A stretch of DNA of 64,000 nt from the human T2T-CHM13v2.0 reference genome, Homo sapiens. The position numbers and the translations under genes were made by a program. Below are positions 49,761 to 60,625 of this stretch, one piece after another. Numbering within the stretch: the first letter of the stretch is position 1; each line of letters starts with the position of its first letter. The stretch is taken from the NCBI RefSeq assembly GCF_009914755.1, contig NC_060933.1; one strand, 5' to 3'. The notes beneath the pieces are model-generated. The model made no database searches and was not told where the DNA came from. It saw nothing but the letters and a program-made list of their open reading frames with translations.

Positions 49761-52101
49761 GACTCTATCTACTGTCTCTGTACTGAAGGTAAAGGCCCCC
49801 TCACATTCCAGTTCCTCAGTTTGACTGTTCAATATGAAATAGGTCAGGCCTTACTCTTCATTTCTAACTGCCTGTCTTATGAAAGCTAGCTCTCTGGAAG
49901 ACAGAGATGGTGAAACATTTTCTTCTCCCTCTATTTCTTTGGGCCAAGATGATCTGTAATTTTGCTCCCGGTTCTAAAATGTCCAAAACTCCCAAGAGAG
50001 ACTTTTGTGTTTTTGACCATTGCCTATTCCACTGGTTCCCACTTTGGTTCAAGTCAGGCCCTTTGGGAGATACTCCCTTCCACAAGGACGGAGGCTCAGC
50101 TTGGAAAAATGTTCAAACTTCATTGAATACATAACACCACTGACTGCATTTCAAATCCTTGTCACTAATTTTGTATGGCTTAAGCTCCCGTCTCTTACTT
50201 TAATCTATTTAAATAAATGTCCTCACTTTTTAAAAAGACTCAATCTGGCCAGTTAAGGATTGGCCTTTCTCCTGTTCAAATTCTCCTAGATTCCTTTCTC
50301 CTGTTCAAATTTGTGATCATTCTCAGTTTCATTAAAAAATAAACAAATTCAAAGGCCCAGCAGCAGCAGCTCTGGCTTAGATCGTGAGCAAACTGGTTCT
50401 CTCAGCTCTAGAACCTTTAGATTTCAGATCCAGGTTCTTCAATTCTCATCTCAGGATTCCAAAGTCAATTATACCACACTAGAAACTGAGATTAAAAGAG
50501 AAGGCTTCGGGCACACCATCAAAAAGGCTTTGGACACACATGGCAATGAATGGCCTTGGAAGGTCCCATGTATTTAAAAAAAAAATGGGTGCTTCTCACT
50601 CCCTCAGGGGGGATCACATTCTTATGAATAATAATGTTAGTCCTATTATTTGCTGAGGGGACTGCTTGACACTGGGATAAAACAAATGTTTACTCGTGGC
50701 CTTAATGCATCAAAAAGGTATTAAAGTTTCAGGACGATTCCAGGTAGGGAGTGGTAGGAAACCTCTCAGCAGCTCTGCCTTGGGCTGTTAAAGAGAGTGC
50801 TGCTCCCATAAAAAGGGCATAGGCCACCCCAGCTCACTCCACCTCTGCCCTTTCACTTGGTTAATTCCATGAAGCAGCCCTTTAAACTAAGGTGAAAAAG
50901 AAAAATGTTAACCATAGACTGAAGTCCCAGGAGAGCAAGTGGGGGGAAAGAATTCAAATGAAAGTACTGCAAAGAATTCAAAATGAAGGAAAAATTCCTA
51001 GGCACCCGCAGAGCCAAGCTTGAAGCTAGGGGCTTTAGCATTTTCTGCTGACAAATGCTTCCAACTACCTAGTACCCTCATGAGCTGGTGAGGCTCTGGG
51101 AGATTACACAGTATGACCACTCACATGCTAGTCAAGGCAGATAGGCAGCTTTTGAAACCTGGTGGTGTGCTTCAAAGCCCTTCAAGTCCCCCCAAAACAT
51201 TTCAAGAGAACAATCCCCATCTCTCTGAGAAAGGGTGGGGATGTGCTTTCTTAAAGACAAAATGATGGATGTGATGACCTCCCAAGGTCACTTCCAACCT
51301 CCAAGTGCTATTCTTTTGATACTAACAACTGCTGCCACCAAGTGCTCTGAGTTAGGCCTAGGCCTGTGACTAACTTTCAACAAAAAGTGGGGCGGAGAAA
51401 GAGAGCCAGGATTGCTCAAAGACCACTGAAAGAGGATCTCACTTCTTTCCCTTTTTAACCATCTGTGGGGTTTTTTTCTTCGTCTTCCTTTTGCCCCTCC
51501 TTTCTGCGTGTGTTGCATAGAAACAGAAAGTGCCTTTGTACCAATTACTAGGCACTAATTTACGCTCTTCAGTGGGCGCTGGGCTTGCTGGAGAAACATT
51601 AGGAAAAGGTGGGAGGGTCGGATGTGGGGGAGGATTCTAGCAGTGGAGGAAGGAATGGCATGCTACAAGCTTTTTCTCCAAGCCTGAGAACAGCCAAAGG
51701 GAAAGAGAGAGAGAGAGAGAGAAAAAAAAAAAGAACACGGAAGATTTGGAAGTCAAGACTAACAAATGCGACAAAGCTTTTTTTTTTTTTAATGAAGAAT
51801 GCTAATGATCATAAGGCATTCAGAAATCAAACTGATGGGATAGAAAGCAGGCTCCAACTAGAGCATGTCAGATTGTTTTAGGGGCTTCTGAAAGAGTGAA
51901 GACTGGGAAATCATCCGCCCACTTTTCTTCTCAATGAACTTACTAAGGAAAACCATTGTCAGCCATTTTCCCAATATGTCATATGATGTTTCTCCCTGGG
52001 AAGTTCAATCTGGGAATTTCCCACAGATGTTGCAGAATGACTAGTCCTTGGGATAAGCGTCAACAATTGAGACAGGAATGTAAATCTGACCCTCATGTTC
52101 A

Positions 52102-52145
52102 GAATCCAAGAATTCATTTCCCTGAATCCAAGAATTCATTTCCCT
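52102..52145. repeat. Perfect 22-bp tandem duplication
   Basis: GAATCCAAGAATTCATTTCCCT twice. Confidence 0.95.
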
Positions 52146-52911
52146 CAGCTTACATCTTTGTGTCTGAAGGTAATGGGGTGTCACCATCCAAGTGGCACTG
52201 TATTTACTCTGGTACCTCCCTCTCTCACCCAGGAACCCACTTATACCCCTCCCCTCTCTCTTCTCACCACGCACAGAAGATGTGAGAGGAAAATCAAGGG
52301 AAACAGTGTGCGTACTCTGTAATTTGACTCCACTTATGTTTTCTATCGTGAAACTGTAATCTTGCCAGCAGAAGATTCTCAGAGGCCCCCCGACTGTCTT
52401 TGCTAGGGCAGATAGATGGAGGATGACACAGGACAAATGGGAAATGAGGAAAGAAAGGCAACTGGGTGGCTCCTACCTTGTGACTAGCAATAAGAGCTAT
52501 AGGGTCCTAACAGCCTCCAGCCCCAGGGTCAGATTTCTGCAGAGAGCTTGGGCTGGGGGCTGAAGAACAGTCTGGGCATCTTTCACTTGATTCAAGGGAG
52601 TTTTACCCTCTTGTCTAAAACCCAGAAACAAACCCTATAGCAAACCCTTGCAGCCTTAGAAACCCATCCTCTATAGCTAGAAGCCATGTGTATGCAGCCT
52701 TTTGCATAGATTGTTATTCTTCCCTAACAGGATACTTGATATCACTCCTATTGCTGAGTGGGGTGAGGCAGTATCATCTCCCAGGGGGCAAAAATTGGTT
52801 CTGTGACAGGTGAAAAAAGTCTTAGCTATTACAACGATTTGTCGCCTTCGGAATGGGGCATAGTCCATAAACAGCTCAAGTGTATCTGTGGAATTAAAAT
52901 GTAATGGGGGA

Positions 52912-53110
52912 GGCCAGGCGCAGTGGCTCACACCTGTAATCCCAGAACTTTGTGAGGCCGAGGTGAGCAGATCACTTGAAGTCAGGAGTTCGAGACTAGC
53001 CCGGCCAACATGGTGAAACCCTGTCTCTACTAAAAATGCAAAAAATTAGCCGAGTGTGGTGGCACACACCCATAATCCCAGCTACTCTGGAGGCTGAGGC
53101 AGGAGGATCA
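52912..53110 (+). mobile_element. Alu, 3'-truncated
   Basis: Consensus. Confidence 0.85.
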
Positions 53111-53804
53111 GTAATGGAGGGGACAATTATGGAAAAAGGGTAGAGAAACAGTTACCTGTGCAAGCCCCACTCAGGCCTAGTTGTACATCTATGTTGGATG
53201 AAGCAAGTTGGGTTATGAAATGCCATTCCACATCACTCTGGGGAGCCCTCTGGAAAGAAGAATGGGGTAGAGAGAATGTGTCCCTAAGGATCCAGGTACA
53301 GGGCTTCCGTTCCACTCATGAAGAGAAGAGATGGTGGTAAGGGCTGGGCAGGGCCTACTTAATGGGCAGCCCAGTGAGCTAAGGCCCCTTAGTCTAGGGC
53401 AAGGCCTTGCTCTGTCCCTAAGGCCCCACCTCCCAGGCAATGAAGTGAGTTTTTCCTGATACCTCCGATGACATCAGACTCTCCTTGACCAAACAGTTGA
53501 CTCCAAAACCTTTTACAGTAATTAAGGGAGAAGAGTGCAAGAAGCTCAGGGCAACCTCATGCCTTTAAGCAAAATTCCCACCTAAGTTAGAGTTGGCTAG
53601 TGATGGACATTCCTAGAGGGACCAAAAAAATCTGTTTTCCATATTGGAGGACAACTTCTACTACGGAGGCTATCCAGGTCCCTCACACCAAGTATGCCAA
53701 GGATCCCAAGAATGTGTTCGAAGAGGCTAAGGAGCAGAAGCCGCCACTCCGGGCTTTTGTAGCCCCCACCTCTCCTGGTTTTTTATGTGAGCCTCCTTTT
53801 GCAC

Positions 53805-54049
53805 TATATATATATATGTGTATATATATACACATATATGTATATATATATATGTGTATATATATATACATATATGTGTATATATATGTGTATATATATA
53901 CACATATATGTATATATATGTGTATATATATACATATATGTATATATGTATACATATATATGTATATGTATATATATACACATATATGTATATATATGTA
54001 TACATATACATGTATATGTATATATATACATATATGTATATATATATAC
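53805..54049. repeat. ~245-bp (TA/TG/CA)n alternating purine-pyrimidine tract
   Basis: Read directly. Confidence 0.97.
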
Positions 54050-54893
54050 TGAAAAATATTTTTTCATAGAACTGGGGTGTCATGGTTGGAATTTGGGGTT
54101 TTCTGATCTTCAGAATCCTATAACCAGTGTTATCAAACTCAACCCATTGTCACCACTTGGCGATAGCTGACTTAAGCCCCTCCAAAAAGAGAATAAGATG
54201 GCACCTGGCACAGAAACAAGGCCTAAGGTTTCTGTCATCCAGATATCAACCCAGCATGATTCAACATCAGCCTGTTCTGATGACTTCCGAGCTGGAATTA
54301 GAATGTAGTTGTTTCCTTATAACACTGCCTTTACCACCCGCCCCCCAAAATCTGCCCATACTCTATGTGAAAGGTATCCACAAAGTCAGGAGACTTAGGA
54401 TAAACTTCATGTTAATTACATTTTCAAATAATATGCTTGATATATTTTCATATAAAATACTCTAATAGTTCTAAAATTAATCTGAAACAGTACAAATAAA
54501 TGCATCATAAAGTGTCCAAAAAGTCTGGAAACAGGAAAAATAGTATATTTGTTGCATCTTTTGTTTTCTTTAGATTAACAATGGATCCACTGCTTAAACT
54601 TTAGAGGTATGTCACCTGAAAAGATCTGGTCTGGTTGAAGAAAAACAAACTGAACATACTATTTGAAAATGTAAATTAACATACTGCTTAAAAATAAGTT
54701 TATCCAGTGTTTCCTGATTTTTAAGGTGACGTTCTGTACATTATACACAAACCACAGGACCCAGCATTTCTCAAGGGGTTACTGTGTGTGGAACCCTACC
54801 AAGTGCTTTATAGATGTTATCTTTGCACAAGAACCTGTGACTTGAGGATAGTAGCCCTACCTTGTGGATTAAGAAAGTGAGGCTTAAACAAAG

Positions 54894-55180
54894 CAGAGGT
54901 TGCAAACTTAAATGCCAAAAGAGATCCTGTAAATGATTAAAATACGAGGTACTGCCCCATATCATGATCAGTTCAAGCCAATTGTTGCTAGGCAAGAATT
55001 CAGGCCCAGTTTTGCCAGATCTTTTGATTTTTCCAGACAAGCCAGAAATCTGGATTCATGCTATAATCCTCTGATTTTTAGATGTTGGTAACTAATTAAA
55101 TTTTTATAAACCCTGTGTTGGCCAAGCCAAACAAATCTGCAAAGCAAATTCAGCAGCAAGCCTCCAGTTTGCAAACTCTG
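54894..55180. mobile_element. hAT-Charlie-type MITE inserted in a MIR
   Basis: 15-bp TIRs CAGAGGTTGCAAACT / AGTTTGCAAACTCTG (1 mismatch). Confidence 0.7.
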
Positions 55181-57001
55181 AATTAAAGTAACTTCCTTAT
55201 GGTCTCAAATGAGAAAACAATAGGACAAATCAGAACCCAGCTTAGCTGGCCTCAACTGTGTCGTTCCTCCCAGCACACTACAGAAGTAGCAGCACTGAAT
55301 TAGAAGAAAATCTGTTTGAATGATTCAACTTCTAAAGCTGGTGTAGAAGTGGTCTATGAAGTGGCAGCTGTATGTGTCTCTATAAGGAAGTGAGCAAGCT
55401 GGAGGGTTTCTTGAGGGAATGTTAGCAGCACTAAGCAAGGGGGTGTGGCAGGGAGTTTAGCTCCTAAAATCTTCACAGAATGCAGACATTCCAAATGCCA
55501 TCTCTGCCCACCTTCTTGATTTAACACCAGCAGAAAGAAAATTAGAAAAGCTCCTTACCCTACCCTAAAGTCAATTTAAATTGAAGTTGTATCTGAAACT
55601 TCCAAATGCATGAGACCTCCAAGTCTCTTATTTAAAGTAACCTTAACACATACCTCCTCTAGCAGGAATACACTTCCGACAATATTAACCCAGGCTGAGG
55701 TTTTGTTCAACCATGCACTAAGATTAGAGATCCCCAAAACATAGGCACCTGCAATCACCACATCCCTAGGTTCAAAGCACTGACTGTAGCACTTAAAGCT
55801 GAATGAACATCTCACTTCGTTTTCCACTCCTGACTGGGAAAAAGGTTCTCCTGAAACAGCTGAGCCGAATGACTTGCCTTATGGAGAATTAAGGAGCAGC
55901 ACGCATGCACGCACACAGAAGCAGCCATTTCTATAAATGCCTGAGAAAAATCACTCAGCCGAATGGCCCAGAACGCTGGAAACCCTATTCCTGAGTCGGA
56001 CAGACTCTGGCAGCTCACAGAGGAACTGCAGGCCTCCCTGGCTGCACGACTGGGCAGCTCCCTGAAGGAGAAAATGCCTTTGCTCAAGGTGGCAGTGGGT
56101 GTCGATGGGAACAACTGAACTCCGGGAACATGGCTGACACAGCCAGGCCCGCCCAACAGCTGTTGGTGAGTAACACCCTCCAGTTAATATACCCCTACTT
56201 CACCCCCAGAGCCACACTAAAGGTCACATCCCCCAACACAGGCACATGCCTTTCAGCAACCTTACAGATACAAGCCTTAAAACGTGCTGTTTTATGGCAA
56301 CCTAAATGATGACCCCAAACAGAACCTGATTTTGCATTAACCATGGAGGAAATTCAGTCTGATTCCGGTGCCAGCAGCCACCTCCACAAGAACAAGTTTC
56401 CAAAGGAAATGGAATGAGAAGCAGTTACGTGGCCTTTCTTTTAAAAAGGAAAGCAAAACAAAACAAAAAACCCCAATCAAGTATCATTTTTTTCCATGTA
56501 TCATTTTTAAACCACAGGCCCAAGACCTCATCTTAAAAGTATCGAGGTATTACACCAAAAAATGACAACACTTTTCCAACTAACTCCAACAATACCCTCT
56601 CAAACACGGTGTCACAAGACAGAGGCAAAAGGCTTATCTGAGAGGACCAAGCCCCGCTACCTCTGAATGGCGCTTGTAAAAGAACCATTCCGAAGATGGT
56701 CAAGACAGCATGTCCAAATGTGAATGCTTTCCAACTTTTACCGTTCATGTTAAACACAACCAACAGAATTGGATGACCCAGGTCCCTGGAAGTCTCCAAA
56801 GCCCATTTTAAAAGGCAGATAGATGTCTTTCTGGCCACATTCATTTGTACGGCCATGCCTCTCACCCTCCCTGGGAGGAACTATTCCCTGAGGCCTCCAG
56901 AACCGCCCAACATTCATTACCAAGCCTTGACCTCCGGCAAGGACCACACCTCCCTGCAAACCGCGATTCAGGGGTGGAGGGTGCGACCTAAGTCACATGG
57001 C

Positions 57002-57002
<1 letters not shown>

Positions 57003-57032
<30 letters not shown>
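57003..57032. repeat. Isolated poly(A)30 run (poly-U in the pre-mRNA)
   Basis: Read directly; no adjacent Alu body. Confidence 0.9.
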
Positions 57033-57035
<3 letters not shown>

Positions 57036-57382
57036 AGCTCTGAAACCTGGCTCATCAGGAGGACTCATGAGTGAAGTTAACCACCATTACTTGATCAGAC
57101 TCCTATGCTGCCTGAAGCCGGGTTATTTTAAACCTCTCGGGGGACTCCCAGCCAAATTTAAAACCACCTTGGCAAGCCCAAAAAAGTAGCAGGCATCCAG
57201 TTAAATGAGTCCTTAGTCATCCCTAAAAGGCTCGAAGTAAAGTGCGCCGCGTCCCCCCTCGGTTTCAACCACTTCTCTGCAACCCGACAAGAGAATTAAA
57301 TAAAAGATACGCCATCTGACTTCCCCGCTGCCAGCGTCTCCCAGGTGGGGTGGCCCCACCGTCGCGGGGTGCGGGAGAGTCC

Positions 57383-57412
57383 CGGGGGCGGGGCGGGACA
57401 GGGGAGGGGCGG
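57383..57412 (+). promoter_or_regulatory. GC-box cluster (Sp/KLF sites) with G-quadruplex potential, start of intron 1
   Basis: ccgggggcggggcgggacaggggaggggcgg. Confidence 0.55.
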
Positions 57413-57676
57413 ACACCACTCCCCGCGAAGCCACGCACCGCACTCGCTCTGCCCGCCAGTTTAAGGCTCTCCGTGGCTCCCGGAGGCCGGGGACAATTAA
57501 GGAGAGAGTGAGCTTTCCGCCAATGCACATTTAAATTATTTAAAGAGTTAAACCGCATCTTATCCAACATGTTTGCACCCTTTCGGCCGAGTGCAGTGTC
57601 CCGAACGCCCAGGAACGCTGCCTGGCCAAAGGTTAACTAACCCCAGAGCTCCGGGGGAGAGGGCGACGCCGCTAAC

Positions 57677-58181
57677 CTGTATGCACTCTGTAATGGGCTT
57701 TGAGATGGGAGGATTTTCCATAGACTTTCCCACAGCCACTGTAGGGGCACTTGTGCCTCTTTTCGGAGGCGTGTTTCCCCTTCGCAGCCACTCCAGGATG
57801 GAGGAGGGAGAGCGGGCTGGGCGCGCTGCCAGGATCCTGTCTCTCCTCCGGGCTGTGGGAAGGACTCGACCCAGATTCGGTGGTCACGTCGCTGTCGGAT
57901 CCCATATCCTCATCTGGACTTTCCAGACTGTCGCTGCACACGGAGGGGGTCTGGATGGGTCGGTACTTGTTCAGGTCCAACAAGCTCTTGGCGATGGTGA
58001 CCAGTGTGCAGTAATCCTTCCAGGTGTCCCCCGGGTCACCGTGCTCCTTGGTCACCTCGCGCTCAGGTAGTCGCAGCCGCTCGGCGTCCGGAGCGACCCC
58101 ATGCTCCGGCACCGCAGCGCGGTTCGAAATGGAAACCAGACACTGGGCAGCCACGAAGTCCATGTAGGCGGCCGCGGACAT
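57677..58181 (-). CDS. KLF9: KLF9 coding exon 1 (Sin3-interaction motif, Ser/Asp-rich region, zinc finger 1)
   Basis: Translates MSAAAYMDFVAAQCLVSIS...CPYSGCGKVYGKSSHLKAHYRVHT(G). ATG in caccATG context at 58181; donor G|GTTAG at 57677/57676; 505 nt. Confidence 0.98.
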
Positions 58182-58367
58182 GGTGCGGGCGACGGCAGCC
58201 CAGGCGGCGCGGACAAACTTGGCGGTGGCTGCGGAGGTTCGGCTCGCCCTGCCCTGGCCTCGGACGACGAGCGCGGCGCGGCGCGGCACGGCGCGGCGGC
58301 CAAGGGGGCGGGGGCGCGGGGCGCTTCCGACTCGCAGGAGCGCCGAGGCGACCTCAGCCCCTCATCT

Positions 58368-58375
58368 TTACGTAA
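58368..58375. promoter_or_regulatory. Palindromic D-box / PAR-bZIP-NFIL3 site TTACGTAA
   Basis: Exact TTACGTAA core; reads GTTACGTAAA on -. Confidence 0.5.
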
Positions 58376-58518
58376 CCGGCAGCGCCTCCGCACGCAGCAT
58401 CCACGGCCCCGGGCTCCGCCGCGCCGCCGCCTCTAGCCGCCGCCCCTGCCCCGCGCCGGCCGCGATCCCCCGACGGGCGCGCCGGCCCCTCTGAGCCGGC
58501 TCCCTTGGAAAGATGCCA

Positions 58519-58524
58519 CACGTG
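58519..58524. promoter_or_regulatory. Canonical E-box CACGTG (CLOCK/BMAL1, USF, MYC class)
   Basis: Motif match inside the CpG island. Confidence 0.45.
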
Positions 58525-58789
58525 GCGGTCGCAAGTTTATTCGACTGAAAACGCCCCCGAGGCGCTGGGAGAGGAAACTGCAAGAGAGGTGCACGCCCTC
58601 GGCCGCCTCGCCGTCGAGCCAAAGCCCCAGGACATTCACCCGATCACCCCGACGCGGGTGGCGAGGGTCCCGCCGAGCGCCAGGTCTAAGAGACACTTTT
58701 TCCCGAGTCCACTGACGGCTTCTGAACCCCTGCTCCGGCCGGTCCGCACCGTTCCGGCATTCTCTTGCTCAGTAACAATTTCGCAGAAT

Positions 58790-59270
58790 CCCATCACGTC
58801 ACAAACCAAACCCCCTCCAATTGGCCAGTGGGGAGGGTGATTCAACTCTGTTTACTTTCTCCCCCTGCCAGTCAGAACGGCCTTCGGTGGAGAGGTGCGT
58901 CTAGAACTGAGGCGTGCGGCCAATCCGACTGTTCCGTTTCGCTGCCTCGTGCTACCCCTACAGCCTCGAACACTGACATTTAAAAGGGTAACAGCTGGGA
59001 GGCAGGGAAGGGGCAGCCGCACACTTTCGGAGTGCCTCGCGGTCCCGTGGCCGGTCCGGGCCTCCTGGCTCACGTTCCAGCTTGCGGAGCTTTGGGACAC
59101 ATCTTTCCTAGTCAGTTGCGCTCGTTCCTATGGCAAAAGAGAACTTCAGCTTCGGTTTTCCAGCTCCCAAACAGTTAAGTGACTTCCTGCAAACGCTACA
59201 GTCCCAGCAACCAGCCTTCCAATCAAAAGTAAGTTGGTTGATGTCACTGGCATTGGCTCGGCCAATCACA
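58790..59270. promoter_or_regulatory. Core promoter motif cluster: six CCAAT boxes, UPRE/CRE-like site, forkhead site
   Basis: CCAATTGG 58817-58824 (two overlapping boxes); CCAAT 58920, 59219, 59261; ATTGG 59252; TGACGTGA on - at 58794-58801; TGTTTAC 58849-58855. Confidence 0.7.
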
Positions 59271-60479
59271 AGGGCGTTCCGAAAGCAAGCGCTCGACACT
59301 TGTAAACGCGAAGAGCTGTAGTGAAACTGGACACATCTTTGTATTTTGTGTTGCTGGTAGTAAATTTGAGTTATGGATGAGAGGACAGGGGTGATGAATA
59401 AATGCAGTGTGAATCTATAATTAAAAAAACCCCATTATGTCAGGATAAGTCCAAGAATAAACACAAATGAGTAAGAATTCGTTTTGTTATATATTTTTTG
59501 GATGCAGCATACTTTGGGGCAGATGTTTAAAAATTCTTCCATCCAATACATTAACTATGACCAATTCATCTTAAAAATGCAGTGCTAACAAAAGTTCTGG
59601 TTTTACAGCATAGCCTTTTTACTGCCTGAGATTCTTCCATTGAAACATCCCATCTTTGCTTGTCATATCTCTTAATTCCTCTACTTCTCTGGTGCAATTT
59701 AGTCTAAATAAATTCTTTTAGCTTTATTTGGAGGCTATTTTTAACCCACTTTCAGAAAAACGGAGACAAAAACCATTCATTTGTGTAACTTTTATAAAAA
59801 ACCCACCATTCTTAGCTCTTTTTCTTTCCAGAGCCCCTGCATGGTTTTTAGGACATGTTTCTCTTCCCTCACTTCACAAATGTGGAAACTGAGTTACAGA
59901 GAAGTGACTTATTTATCTTATTAGACAGATAATGATAGAACTCAATAGAAACCACAAGTCTCCTGATTTCTAGCTCTTTGTGCTTGCAACTAAGCCCTTT
60001 TGGTTTTGTGAAATATTAACTGTGCAGAACAGATTTTTAGGGACTGGAACAAGCTGGAAATCCTTAGCCATGGAATACTGTGGCATTACTTGGTCAACAA
60101 TTAGTATGGGTCTTGGAGTCTGATTAACTTGGTTTACCCCTCCGTCTGAATTAACGATGTGGTTGTTTTCCATCTTGATAGCTAGAAAAGAATCTAGGGC
60201 TAGTTCTTTTTGCAAGAGGCATACTGTCAGCACAATTCATTAAAAATAATTCACTTTCGTGAATGTGAGAGGTACCTGATTCTATGTGATGCAGATTCGG
60301 TGAGTTCCAACCCTGACCCCCCACTGGCTATTAACCTTTGTTAAGAGAAAGTTACACCAGGTTCTGGTCTCCGAGGCAAGGGTCTCAAATTGACTCTACC
60401 AATGTGAGATCTACAGTAGTTTCTTTTGACTTTGTTTTTAAAGTGGTACATCAAAAATAATAATAATAAAAAAAAAAGT

Positions 60480-60625
60480 TAGCCAGGCGTGGTGGCTCGC
60501 ACCTGTAGTCCCAGCTACTCAGGAGGCTGAGGCTGAAGGACTGCGTCAGCCTAGGTCAAGGCTGCAGTGAGCCCTGATTACACCACTGTACTACTCCAGC
60601 CTGGGCAACAGAGCAAGGCCCTGTT
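60480..60625 (+). mobile_element. Alu right arm
   Basis: Consensus. Confidence 0.82.

Larger units (their letters stand above)
57230..59320. promoter_or_regulatory. CpG island over the KLF9 promoter, exon 1 and start of intron 1
   Basis: Very high GC and CpG density compared with the flanks. Confidence 0.92.
58182..59475 (-). other. KLF9: KLF9 5' leader (long form) with 10 upstream ATGs; TSS uncertain
   Basis: ATGs at 58365, 58400, 58635, 58760, 58794, 58979, 59102, 59253, 59336 and 59435. BTEB/KLF9 is known for a long uAUG-rich leader. Confidence 0.7.

Noticed and set aside
53600-54170. Overlapping Tyr/Ile/His-rich ORFs on both strands
   Set aside because: Artefact of the stop-free (TA/TG/CA)n microsatellite.
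55900-55937. Tandem CACGC (XRE core) and a + strand TATAAA
   Set aside because: The flanks do not fit TNGCGTG and there is no other promoter evidence.
57213-59321. Many Arg/Gly/Ala/Pro-rich ORFs in alternative frames and on the + strand
   Set aside because: Shadow frames of the KLF9 CDS and the GC-rich CpG island, with no domains.
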